Assembly: GCA_963823555.1 (NCBI GenBank)
Contig: CAWGMA010000002.1
Coordinates: forward strand, 544,001-608,000
DNA length: 64,000 bases
DNA from: Candidatus Eiseniibacteriota bacterium
Lineage (GTDB): Bacteria > Eisenbacteria > RBG-16-71-46 > CAVPCR01
Direction of reading: 5' to 3'
Under the pieces are notes generated by a model. The model saw only the letters and a program-made list of their open reading frames with translations. It ran no database searches and was not told where the DNA came from. Both the position numbers and the translations under genes were made by a program. Positions 22,463 through 34,008 of this stretch are shown here, piece by piece. The first letter of the stretch is position 1. Each line of letters opens with the position of its first letter.

Positions 22463-24840
22463 CTATTTCATCAGTAGTACCCGAACCGACCCCTCAGCCG
22501 TGAAGGGCGCGAGCCTGAGGAAGTAGACGCCGGAGGCGAGTTCGGTTCCCGCCGTGAGATCACTCCAGGCAATTTGCTGTCCGCCGGGGCCTGGGCTCAT
22601 GAGTTCGCGTTCGAGGACGAGCCTGCCCGCGAGGTTGTAGAGCTGCGCCATGCGCGGACCCGCACCCGTGTCATCCCAGGAAACGAACCCCTGCCCGGAG
22701 AGCGGATTGGGAAGGACGCGAACCACGGGACGTGCCGCGGGGGCATCCGCCTCCGCAACGGCAGTCGCCCCACATCCCACCGGCAGGGCGCCGATGAGGC
22801 CGCATTCTCCCGGGGCATGCTCTGGCGCGCAGGGCGAGTTGGCATCGATGGTGTAGTTGTGGTCGGCCGGCAGGCAGAAGAGCGGGTCGGCCGAGAAGTT
22901 GCCGTTGACTCCGGACTGGCCGGCAAGGCATCCCACCCAGTCGCCGCCCGTGTTGCCGAAGACGTCGCAGCAGGAGAGAACGGGGAAGGCGCCGCCGGCA
23001 CATTCGACGACGCTTGCGAGCATCGAGAAGGCGATGATCGTGTTGTCAAAGGTGATCGTGCCGGGGTCGCGCATGTGAACCGCGGCTCCCGATGTCTGTG
23101 CCGAGTTGCCACTGAAGGTGCACCCGATGAAGTGCGACCCGGAGGTAACGGCGCCGCCGCCGCCGACAGGCCTCCTCCACGCGTGCGGCGCGCGCGGTCG
23201 AAATGCCCGGGATCCCGGTCTCGGCCCCGAGACCGAGTTCTTGACGAAGAGGCAATCGACGGCGAACGCGACCTCGGAGTAGAGCCCGCCTCCTGCTGCT
23301 GTATTACCTTCTGGATTACCCAGACTCTCCGCTGAGTTGCCCTCGAACCGGCATTCGTTGATGAGGGCGGATTCGCAGTAGAGCCCTCCGCCGTAGGCAT
23401 CATTGCCCCAGTAGGAGTCCGGCCCCGAGATGCTCCTGGCCTCGTTGTTGCTGAAGAGACAGGAATTGAGCAAGGCGCTGTCTCCCAGTGCGGCTCCGCC
23501 CCCGCGTGATACGTTGTAAGAGTTGTCGTTGCTGGCCAGCGCGAGATTGCCGACGAAGTCGCAGCGAGTCAGCCGTACGGTCCCAGATGCGTACAAGCCA
23601 CCCCCGTCGGCCAGCGAGAACTGGTCATCGCCGTAACTCTGAACTCTGTTGTTGCGAATGACGCAGTCAGTCATTGCGAGGGAACCGCTTGACGCACACG
23701 CCGCCACCGACTCCAAAGTCTATCCACCCGGAGAGGTTGTCCTCGATCAAGCACCCGGTGATCTCCGCAGTGCTGTCGATGATGATGATGCCGCCGCCGT
23801 TGTGCTCGGCACGATTTCCGCTGACCACGCAGTCCACGATTCGGGGCGTCCCGCCCTCGAGCGCGATCGCTCCGCCACCGAAGGCGGTGTTCTCCGTCAA
23901 GATGCACTTCTGTATGGTCGGCGATGCACCCATGCAGGAGATCGCGCCGCCTTCATTGAGAGGCCACTCGAAGCCCTGACCGCCTCTCATCGTGAAGCCA
24001 TCGATGATTGCGGCGTTGGTCTCTCCCGAATGCAGGTAGATGGCACGACCATCTCCCTGGCAGTCGATGATTGTTGCCTCGGGTCCGCTCTCCGATAGGA
24101 GGACTATGTTCCGGCCGTAGAAGTCGAGGTTCTTGTTGCCGGTACCCGCATAGGTGCCAGGTGCTACGAGGACCGTATCACCGCTCCCGGCGATGTTGAT
24201 GCCCAGCTGCAGGGTCGGTTGCTCTGAGGGAACGCGGACGGTGATGCCGCGGCGCTTCAGGCCAAGGCTGAAATCTCCGCCAGCCGCGGCCGCGACGAAG
24301 TCGGCATTTGGATCGGGCACGTTGCACTGGCCGCTGTAGTTGCTGCCCCAGGCGACGATGCGACCATCGGACTTGAGGCCGAGGCTGTGACCCTCGCCGG
24401 CGGCTATCGCAACGAATCCGGCGTTCGGTGATGGGGGATCGCATGAACCGGAGAAACAGCCGCCCCAGCCGATGATGCTACCGTCAGCCTTCAAACCCAG
24501 GCCGTGGTAGTAGCCTGCGGCAATCGCAACGAAACCTCCATTCGGTGTGGGGACCTCCATCTGATTGTAATCGTTGTTCCCCCAGGCGATGATCCGCCCA
24601 TCCGTCTTGAGGCCGAGGCTGAATGACTCGCAAGCAGCAACGGCGACGAAATCGGTGTTTGGCGAGGGAATGTCCCGCTGCCCCCAGATGTTGTCTCCCC
24701 AGGCGACGATCTGGCCATCGGACTTGAGACCGAGGCAGTGCTTCTCCCCGGCGGCGATGGCGATGAAGTCGGCGTTGGGCGGGGGAATGTCGCAGACCCC
24801 GAAGCTACAGGACCCCCAGACGACGACCGTGCCGTGGAGG
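22463..24840 (-). pseudogene. RCC1-repeat + beta-helix + CTD-like secreted protein; 5' end missing, frameshift near 23700
   Basis: Repeats FVAIAAGxxHxLGLKSDGxIVAWG; TVRVPSEQPTLQ beta-helix start; GGDWVGC...ADPLFC; PNPL...SGVYFLRL. No signal peptide or convincing start; 5' end overlaps the end of the DUF3857 gene. Confidence 0.72.
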
Positions 24841-26835
24841 CCCGCCAGAGGCAAGAACAACTGCCATCGTCGAGAGCCCTGCCTCCTTGTCGAAGAGGGC
24901 CTGCACCTTCTCGTAGTCCGCCACCTCCCACCGCGCCCCGTTGACACGGAACACGTGATCGGCATGGACCTTGCCACCATCCTCGGTGAACCGCGCCTCG
25001 ACGCTGCCCACGTCATTCGCGAAGCTCATGTCAGCAGGCAAAGCCTCGACGGTCATGCCATCGGGGATGGCGATGCTCACCCGCTCCGTCACCAGGTACG
25101 GGTAGTTGAAGACGATCGGACTCTGCCGGCGCGCGTTCGCGAAGGGGCTCGGGTCCTTGCGAATCACCCCGAACGGCGGGGCCACCACCCGCCCCGGCAG
25201 CACCTGTTCGGCAAGCGGCGCCTCGAGGTCGCCGTCAATCCGGAGCGGGCCATGCGAACTGGCCAGGCCGAGCACCCCGACCGAATCGATCTCGGCCGCG
25301 GGCACGCCCTCCTCGAGCGCCTGCTCGAGCTCATCCAGCTTCCGTTCCACCGTCAACTCGTGACAGGCAAGCCGAACATCCCTGGCAGCGTGGCCGGTCC
25401 GCGTCTCGGAGACGACTCCCGTGGCCTTCGATCGCTCGAGATCCAGCGCCAGGGCCACCGTCCGCGTCGTCGAGTTGGAGTCCGGCGGGGAGTAGGGCAC
25501 CGCGACCAGCTCGTAGGCCGAATCGTTGCCCTTTTCCCTGCGGACCACGAAGGCCGTGGCTCCCTCGTTCAGCCAGTGGACGTCGCCAGGCTCCAGGTAG
25601 GCATCGCCGGGGGACATGAAGCGATAGGCGCCGTCGGCCTGCCTCCAGGCGACGAGCGAACGATCGAACTGCCAGAACTTGGCGGCCGGCACGAATGATC
25701 CCTCGTCGCGATCGACGACGTAGGCGATGCTCGCGTCATTGCCAAGCTTTCGCATCATGGCCAGATAGAGCGTGTTGATGTCTCCCTGAGAGCCGCACTT
25801 CGCCTTGATGATGTCGTCGACCGTCTTCGAATCCCGACAGCTCCGGCTCCGTCGCGCGTACGACGTGTTCCGCACGTTCTCCTGGACCCAGCAATAGCCC
25901 TCGCAGGCGATGGCGTCATCCGAGTCCGCCTTCTTGAAGTTCCCGCAGGTCCGGTTCACCTCTGCCGTGGCGCGCATCTGCTTCTTGATCTCATCCTCGA
26001 CAACCTTCGCCGTCCCGTTCCAGAACTCCTCCGCAGCACCTCCGCGGAGGTAGTAGAAGCGCACCTGTGGCAGCCGTGCCGCATCCGGAAGAGCATAGGG
26101 CTCCTCCATGTAGGCGGGAACGTCGTGCGCCTGGAACCGGTACTCGGTCTGCTGGACGCGGTCGGGATAGGCGAAGGGAGTGACGATGGTGTTCGAGTTG
26201 ACCATCATGTAGGTGGCCGTGATCTTCCAGCTGGCCATGACATCCAGGGCCTCCTGCTCGAGCTCGGCCCCACGGTAGTAGCGCCAGCGGTACTCGCCGT
26301 TCAGGAGCGGCATCTCCTTCCGCACGATCCAGCGCCGGTTGCTGTCCGGCAGGCGGTACCGCATGTAGTACTCGATGATGCAGTTGTCGGTCACCCCGGG
26401 TATGGCGAAGGCAGTGGCCTTGATCTTGACGCCCTTGCCCTTCACCACCTCGGTGTCCCGGATCTCCGACTGCCCGAGATTCGTGCTGGACCCATCGGGT
26501 CGCACGGTCCGTGCTGCAACCGCCTCGACCGTCTGCTGCTTGTGGACGTAGGGCATGGTCACGTCAGCCCACTTTCGCCCGTCGGCGTTGTGGATCAGGA
26601 TCCGCCGGTACACGGTGAGATAGGTCCGGTCATGGACGAGGAGGCTGTCGTCGGCGACCACCCGCTCGAAGATCATCGTGGCCCCGACGTCCGAGCTGGG
26701 GGCATCCTCGGCGGCTCTCCAGTCGGCCTCGGTGATGGGGTCCCATGCGAACTGCTGGGCGTGGCTCGTGATCGCCGGGAGGGAGACGGCCAGCATCACG
26801 ATCGACATGAGCAGTCTTGGTCTCATCCTCGTCAC
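24805..26835 (-). CDS. Secreted DUF3857 / transglutaminase-like protein
   Basis: Signal peptide; RRILIHN, ARTVRPDG, AIPGVTDNCIIEY, EEPY; the usual catalytic Cys position reads GSQGDIN, so likely the inactive partner. Confidence 0.8.
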   Translation of the reverse strand: MTRMRPRLLMSIVMLAVSLPAITSHAQQFAWDPITEADWRAAEDAPSSDVGATMIFERVVADDSLLVHDRTYLTVYRRILIHNADGRKWADVTMPYVHKQQTVEAVAARTVRPDGSSTNLGQSEIRDTEVVKGKGVKIKATAFAIPGVTDNCIIEYYMRYRLPDSNRRWIVRKEMPLLNGEYRWRYYRGAELEQEALDVMASWKITATYMMVNSNTIVTPFAYPDRVQQTEYRFQAHDVPAYMEEPYALPDAARLPQVRFYYLRGGAAEEFWNGTAKVVEDEIKKQMRATAEVNRTCGNFKKADSDDAIACEGYCWVQENVRNTSYARRSRSCRDSKTVDDIIKAKCGSQGDINTLYLAMMRKLGNDASIAYVVDRDEGSFVPAAKFWQFDRSLVAWRQADGAYRFMSPGDAYLEPGDVHWLNEGATAFVVRREKGNDSAYELVAVPYSPPDSNSTTRTVALALDLERSKATGVVSETRTGHAARDVRLACHELTVERKLDELEQALEEGVPAAEIDSVGVLGLASSHGPLRIDGDLEAPLAEQVLPGRVVAPPFGVIRKDPSPFANARRQSPIVFNYPYLVTERVSIAIPDGMTVEALPADMSFANDVGSVEARFTEDGGKVHADHVFRVNGARWEVADYEKVQALFDKEAGLSTMAVVLASGGPPRHGRRLGVL

Positions 26836-28824
26836 TCCTTCACGACGACGGCCATGGCCTGCATGGCCCGGGCATCCTTGACGAAGCGCTGGACCTCCGC
26901 GTAGTGCTCGGGCTCGAGCAGAGCGCCGTTGCGCTCCATGAGCGCGACATAGCGGAGGCTGTTTCCGGACGATGTCACCTCGCAGTCGATGCGTCCCGCG
27001 GCACAGGAGCTATGAATGGGCGCCACGGGTTCGGCCGTCCAGTTCGACGGGAACTGCCACGTGATGTCGGTGAGGACCTGGACGGGAGAGCCGAGCCAGA
27101 TCGGATGCGTGCGTTCCGGAGCACTCAGGTCCGGCCATTCGACGCGACGGATGAAGTCCGGATTGAGGAGGATCATGGTCCCCGATCCGGAGGCGACCCT
27201 TGTGTGGACCTGGAAGGTGACCCAGGCCGAATCGCCGTCGACTGCCGAGCTGAAGTTCGAGATCCGGGCTCCGGGAGACACCCGCGACAGCACCTTCTGC
27301 CAGTTCTCCACCTGCTTGCTCTCGGTCGTCGAGCTCATGCGGTGGGCCGACGAAGCGGCCCAGTCGCCGTGGTCGCAGATCCGCACGCTGGCCTCGATGC
27401 TCCCGGCGGGATCGAGGCGAGCGAAGGCGCCATAGCATCGCCGGTTGTCTTCGGCCGAGGCATCCGGCAGCTCGATCAGCCCCGCTGACTGGCTGGCGGC
27501 AGGAAGCACGGCTGTGCTCTCGAGACCTGAGGGGATCCGGCCGGGGCGGGCCGTGGGGTCGGTCGGATCGAAGAAGACCCAGGCGTCGACGCTGCCGGGA
27601 GGGCTCTCCCCGGCCGCGGCGAGGCTCGCGGCCGGGACGCCGACGATGCAGTGATTGAACTGGAAGGGAGAGGGCAGACCGGGAAGGGCCGGACGCTGTC
27701 CGTTGGCGAGAACGGAGACCGAGGGGATGCCGGCGGCAAGGAGGAGCGCCCGCATGAGGGTCGCCTTGTCCTTGCAGTCGCCGTAGAGGTTGCGCTGGGT
27801 CAGGGCAGCGTCGCGCGGCTCCCAGCGGTTCTTCCCGATCTCGACCGCCACGTACCGGATCTGATCCCGCACATAGGTGCCGATCGTATCGAACTTCGCC
27901 TGCGGTGTTTCGAGTCCGGCGGTCAGCTCCCCGGCGAGGAGCGTGAGCCGCGCGTCGGGTGCTGCGTGCGGGTCGTGCAGCTCGGCGCACCACGAGGCCA
28001 CCGATTGCCAGTCGGGGAACCGGGTCTCGTCGTGCGAGGAGGGATCGTGCGCCGCGAGGTTGACCCGCCGGGCGAGGCGCCCCCAGGAGGGCATGAAAGG
28101 TTCCTCGGGGCGATAGGCGAGGTCGCGTGCCGTCCAGGTGTGGAGCCCATCCTGCTTCCGCGTGCTCGATGCCCTCCGTCATCCATTCCTCGGCGGCGAG
28201 TTGCCAGCCATCGGGGATGCGGACCGAGAGCTCGGCGAAGTGAACCGGATCCTGGACCTGGAAGGTGAAGGACTGGAACGCGCCGATCCATCCATCCTCG
28301 ACGACCTTGTACTCGAAGGCGGCCACGGCTCCCGGTCGAGGATCGGGGAGGCGGGCCTCGAGAAGACGGCTATCGGTGTAGTAGCTCCCGGCCTCGGGAG
28401 AGCCGATCTCGAGGATGTCGGACCGGGAGAGCTCGACCGTCTTGCCGCTCGGCAGGATGAGCCAGCCCTTCAGGTCCTCGACCTTGCAGAAGGGAGCGAT
28501 CTCCTCGCTGAGGGTCGCGTAATCCTCGCCGTCGACGGTGAGGATGCGGACGGCACGGCGCACATGGCTCTTGACCGCACCCTTTGCAGGGATCTCGATC
28601 TCCGTCGTGTCGTGGAGGATGAACCCGTCGGCCTTCGCGGGAGCTTCGATGGACTCTGTTTCCTGACAGACCTGCTCGAGCCAGTCGGGCGCGGGGGAGG
28701 CGGGGGAGACGAGGATGGTGGCGGTGGAGAGGAGCAGCGGCGGCGGCGGCGAGCGATGCGGGGAGTGGAGGAGAGGAGATACGGAAGCAGCAGGTCGCCA
28801 GTGGCGACCTGCCCTCAAGGGCAC
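26832..28824 (-). CDS. DUF3857 + transglutaminase domain protein; frameshift near 28140
   Basis: N-part in ORF 27010-28824, C-part in 26832-28094; IRYVAVEIG, GDCKDKA, FNHCI, DPT (Cys-His-Asp triad). Confidence 0.82.
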
Positions 28825-29046
28825 CTTCCTGGTTCACGGCCGCGGCCCCCTTCTCCGGGACGGGAGGAGGATAGCAGCTGAGATGGCCACCGGGCTACTC
28901 CGAGGTGCTCGGGGGCGGGCGGCCCACCGCCCCCTCGCACCGTGATTGCCGGATCTCCCTGCGTCGTCCCAGCGCTGCTCGAGTGTCCAGCCACGGACGG
29001 ACTCGTGGCCTCACCTTGCAGAGCGATTGACAGGGGCAATGTGTGA

Positions 29047-31355
29047 TCAGGTTTCCGGGAGAGATATCGCTTCGAGCTCCACCAGTACCTGCCGCATGGG
29101 CGGTCGCTTCCCGGGATCGAAGCTCAGGCAGGCTTCGACGAGGTGCAGCACCGCAGGTGGAACATCGGGGGGAGCCCCTCCCATTCGGGAAGTCGCCTCA
29201 TATCCTCGAAAGTGCCATACGCGAGCCTCCCGGTAAGGCAGCGATAGAAGACAGCACCGAATCCCCATACATCGCCTTGCCAGTCGCTCGCGTCAGGCGC
29301 CTCGCGCAGGTCTCCAAGTGCACGCATGATCCGCTCCGGGGGCATGTAACCCGGAGTCCCGACGCAGTCCTGACTGAGGCTGATCCTCGGTCCGAGATCC
29401 GTACTTGGATCGAGCGCCTTGGCGAGGCCGAAGTCAATGAGGGTGGCCTTGAGACCCTCGTCCACGATCACATTGAGCGGCTTGACATCGCGATGCACGA
29501 CACCCTGGCGATGCGCGTACTCGAGAGCGCGCGCGACGTGCCGGGCAATGGTGCAAGCCGCCTTCACGTCCAGACCGGTGGGTAGCCCATCCAGTCGTTT
29601 CTCGAGCGTGATGCCAGGTACCAGCTGCATCACAAGGTAGGGGCGTTTGTCGTCGACATCCGTATGGAACAACTGGGCGATGTTCTCGTGGACGAGGTCC
29701 TTCAGAATCCTGGCCTCTCTGGTGAAGCGGGCACGGCTCTGCTTATCGTTCAGGCGCTCCTTCCCGAGGAACTTGATCACGACATGATCGCGGACGTTGC
29801 CGCTCCTCATCGGCCTGGCGAGCCATGCCTCGCCCATGCCGCCCTCGCCCAAGGGGTGCTTTCCGAGGAGTATGTAGTCTCCGACTCGAGTACCCCACCA
29901 CCTGACAGCCCAGGGCCAGGCAATATCAAGGACCATAAGAAGAAGAGCGACTGCCCCCGTGATCCACATCCAGGACGGGGCTGGCTGTGGCACGAAGTCA
30001 AAGAGGCCGACGATCGCCCCATCCTGGATGGCGATCCGATCGGGAACGCTGTTTTCTGCTCCGCTCCTGACCGCTTGACCATATCTGCGTTCCGGATCGT
30101 TATAGGGGCGCTCGCACCGAAGCCGCAGCTGGCCGTCGAATCCGCGAAGCGATCCCGACGTATCGACGAGGAGCAAGGGTTCGCGATCCTCGCCCACGCG
30201 CGCGGTTCCCACGAGGCCCACCCCCACCTCCGGTCCGCCGAGCGGCTGTCGGCGTCTTGGCGAGAGGTCCGGACCGAGGAGGAGCACCTCCGGCGGCTTG
30301 ACGACGGCCAGTACCCGCCCATCGCGCTCGTGCACACCAAGAGAGTCTGGGTTCAGGAGAGCGACGACAGCTTGTTCCCACCGAGCGCGGCCGATCTCTC
30401 TCCCTGTCTCGGGATCGAGAACGAGGATCGTGCCGGGAGATGCCCCGCTCTCCACACAAGCGAGCCCGGCCAGCACTTCCGGCCTGCCGTCTCCATCGAG
30501 ATCGCAGACGATGACCTCGGCTCCACAATAGACACCACCCACCTGGACGCGCCACAGCTCTTGTCCCGTCTGGTCGAATGCAAAGACCCAGCACTCGTCG
30601 TCCTTCGTGCCGGAGGCTTCAGGGCCGTTGTTCGGGGCATATGTGCCAACGACAATCTCATCCTCGCCGTCGCCATCCAGATCATAGAGCGCGATGCTCA
30701 TGGGTGCCGGGCCCATGAGCTGCGACCACATGCGGCGCCCGCTCGCGAGGTCGAACACGTCGAGGGACCGCGGAGCGGGCTCTCCGTCCACCTTGTAAAA
30801 CTCGGTGTGCACGTTGACGATGACACTCTGGCGCCCGTTGATGGTGAGACATGACATCGGAAGGTAGGCGCTGAACGTGCTCGTTGGACCGCCATCGCGA
30901 TGCGGCCAGCGAAGACGGCTCTCGGGCTCGAGGGTGGACCATCGCGTGGCCAGCCCTGGCGTGAACAGCATGCACTGACTAGAGTCGGTAAGGTTCGTCA
31001 GGTAGGGGACAGCGAGAAGATCATGGCTGGTTCCCTCGCACCGTGCCAGTAGGGGAGGACTGACTATCCAGTCCGGTGGCAATGTGCGATCGAACAGATT
31101 CCGATTGTCCTGGAACTGCGATGCGACGATGTGACGCGGTGTGATGATGACAAGGTCAGGGGAGTCGTTCGCGTCGATGTCGCCGACGAGAACCCGGCCG
31201 CCAGGGGGGATGTAGTGACTCGCAACTGGTGAGAAATCGTAGTTCACGAGCCGGGTTGCGCCTAGCCAGGCGACGGTGGCAAGAGCAAGAGCGCATGCTG
31301 TGAGGCGTACAACCCGTGCGGGACGGAAAGAGGACGACATGCCGCCTGCTCTCAT
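29047..31355 (-). CDS. Receptor-like Ser/Thr kinase: N-terminal FG-GAP/VCBS extracellular domain, TM, C-terminal Hanks kinase; frameshift near 29180
   Basis: DLDGDG repeats; TM WMWITGAVALLLMVL; LGEGGMG, VVIK, HRDVKPLN, DFG, GTPGYMPPE, DVWGFG; subdomain XI (CLSFDPGKRP) lies in the 29047-29268 frame. Confidence 0.88.
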
Positions 31356-31879
31356 TCATCGATGTTATCGCGAAGCCAGTCCAGTGCCTTTCTCATTTCC
31401 CGCTGTGCGCTCTCGCGCTGGAGGTGGACTACTGCCGCCGCGTCCTTGACTCTGTGGCCGTCGTAGTAGACCAAGTCAATCAGATACGCAGCGCGTGGGC
31501 CCCAGGGCTGCACGCGACCAAGTCGCTCGATGGCATCACGGAGATCCATTGGATCAGCGATCCCGGTGTCAGCGTGAAGCGAATCATCCAGCGGAACACG
31601 GTTCTTGTAGCCCGCCTTCTCCCTCACTCGACGGGACCGAGCCTTGTCGATAAGGATGCGACGCATCTTCCAGATGAGTCGGCGGCGCAGATGGTCGGAT
31701 TCCTCGACTACTGCCCAGGTTCCCTGAAGGAATCGGCGAAAAGTGCTGTTGACCAGATCTTCCGCCTGCAGGCTGGCTTTCGGGTCGCGTCGAAGCATCC
31801 AGGCTGCAATGTGGATCAGGGAGCGGTAGTGACGTTCCGCGAATCTGTCGATTGCGTGGCGCGGTTGGAGCGGTTCCAT
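31352..31879 (-). CDS. ECF sigma factor, kinase-associated (TIGR02999/ECF43-like)
   Basis: YRSLIHIA...LQAEDLV...MRRILIDKAR...AIERL...REMRKALDWLR; overlaps the kinase start by 4 bp. Confidence 0.82.
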   Translation of the reverse strand: MEPLQPRHAIDRFAERHYRSLIHIAAWMLRRDPKASLQAEDLVNSTFRRFLQGTWAVVEESDHLRRRLIWKMRRILIDKARSRRVREKAGYKNRVPLDDSLHADTGIADPMDLRDAIERLGRVQPWGPRAAYLIDLVYYDGHRVKDAAAVVHLQRESAQREMRKALDWLRDNIDE

Positions 31880-32340
31880 GACGGTTCATTCCTCAACGGG
31901 TGGAGCAGAGCCAACGCCGAGGTCACGACTGTCCAGCATCTTAAGGCACCACCCCGCGATTTCAAATCTCGTTGTCAGAGTGTCTTTACCCATTGTCGTG
32001 GAATCAGATAGCGAAACGGCCAGCTGGTCAAGGTCGGCACCATCCGCTGCGGGCGCCGGGTTGCTGCCGCCAACACGGCAATTCTGATCACAGATCCGGT
32101 GGCTCGATCGCTCTTCTTGGTGGCGGCGCGTACAGGCACCGAGTCGCGGTGGGGCCGCCACTGGCCGCCCTTGACCGGGGTGGCGCGCTTCCTTAGGGGG
32201 GATGCCCAGCACAGCGATCCTGGGCATGAGCCTGGTATCGGCTTCACCTCAGGTGGGGAAACAGCGGCCGCGACTCGCGGGGTCGCTCATGAAGATCACG
32301 TAAGGCCCGGTAGTTGGTCTGGGCCAAGGAGGACGCAGGG

Positions 32341-33992
32341 ATGAACCTCTTGACATCTCAAGGCATGCTCCGCCTGATTATGGCCGTTGCTCTCTTTGCC
32401 TCTGTGACGCATGCGGCTTCTGCACAGACATGTCCAAGCACTCCAGTCGTGCCCCTGTGTTCAGGAGATTTCACATGCTCATTCGAGGGCAATTTCTGCG
32501 GTGGCACGCCTTCGGGAAGTGCGAGCTTCTGCAGTGGATCAGTCGGACAAGGGGTCTGCATAAGAGGGTGGGCGCATCTACTACGGTGATGCGGATATCT
32601 TCACCCTTGTCGATTTCGAGATTGTATTGTATGTGCTGTTTACGCGCCTGCCATCGATTGGCGATCATGGATACGGCATCTTTACGAAATACGCGAACCA
32701 CAACCCTGCGGGATCGGAATATGGGCTCTATCTGCATAGAGACCCAGTCCCGGGTTCGCTCCCTCAGTGGCAACTCGTAGGAGATGGAAGCAGTGGAGTG
32801 TACTCGGATCCAGCGGTAACACCCATCGTCACGGGTCGCTGGTACTGCGTACAGGCAGTGGTGCGAGGCACGTCTGGTGAGATCTGGGTTGACGGGCAGC
32901 TCGTTGGCTCAGGAATGGTGAACCGCAACTTCAACAATACGACGACTCCGGTCGTTGTCGGCAACGCATCGACCGGTCAGAATTACTTCTACGGCATCAT
33001 CGATGAGATTCGGTTCGGGTGTCCTAGCCCGGAAACCGTGGAGTTGCTTGCTTTTGAGGATAGTATCCTCCGTGGGGGCTGGCCGAATCTGAACGAGGGG
33101 GCAAACCCAGGGCTTGTGGTCCGCCAAAACGGAAGCGTGCGGTCGTTGGTGGACTTCGACTTGGGAGCGGTTCCGACCAATGGTTGGACACGGGCATCCC
33201 TGGTCCTCACCATCAACGATGATGTTCCCCCCTCGGAATGGGGGGCTGAGGGGCGGCCTGTCAAGGTGAGCCGCGTGACCCAAGGGTGGACGGAAGGCAA
33301 CGGGAAGAAGATGGATCTCCCTCCGTCCGAACAAGACCGGGGAACAGGTGTGGGCGTGACGTGGAACTGCCCAACTGACGCGGACATTGAGAACCAGGCG
33401 GCGGATTGCGACGACGGCTGGTCTGGGGCGGAGACCGCAATTGCCGCCAGCACGGCTCCTAGCGTGATCATCACCAACGGGATGAGCGGGGTGGTGATCT
33501 GGGATGTGACCCAGGACGTCATTGATGCTCTGTCCGGCGAGGAGTTCCATGGTTGGCTAATCTACAAGCCAACAATCGGTCATGGTAACATCCGTTTCTA
33601 CTCGCGTGAGGGAGCCATGGCGATTGGTGACTCAGAGCCTGGCGCCTCGTTTGATCCTAGATACTCCCGAATTGCTGCTTGGTGATGTTGCCGCAGATCC
33701 TTCGAATGGCGCGTCCCCGTCTGACATTCTGACAAGTCACCCGAATCCGTTCAATCCTGAGGCGACGCTCAAGATCCAACTGGAGACTGATGCGCACGTT
33801 ACCCTGTGCATCTATGATGTACAGGGACGTCTTGTAGCCGACCTGGTTGACCGCAACTTGGCCGCGGGATGGCACACGATCCGCTGGAATGGAAGAGACA
33901 CCTCTGGAATGCAGGTCGGGTCAGGTGTCTACTATGCGCGCATCGAAGTTGGAAACGCACATTACTCGCACAAGCTAATTGCCATTAAGTGA
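32341..33992 (+). CDS. Secreted LamG-like + DNRLRE/CBM96-like + FlgD-Ig protein; two frameshifts (about 32563 and 33638)
   Basis: Signal peptide; GRWYCV...IWVDG...FYGIIDEIRF (LamG); RSLVDFDL...WTEG...WDVT...FYSRE; PNPFNP...WNGRDTSGMQVGSGVY. Confidence 0.78.
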
Positions 33993-34008
33993 CCGTTTGT
34001 CGATGGGT

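Noticed and set aside
8625..24240. Diversity-generating retroelement acting on the beta-helix paralogues
   Set aside because: No reverse transcriptase and no near-identical TR/VR pair with adenine-specific differences seen
31880..32340. tRNA or structured ncRNA in the ECF-LamG intergenic region
   Set aside because: Only short hairpins (e.g. ATGCCCAG...CTGGGCAT); no cloverleaf or known motif
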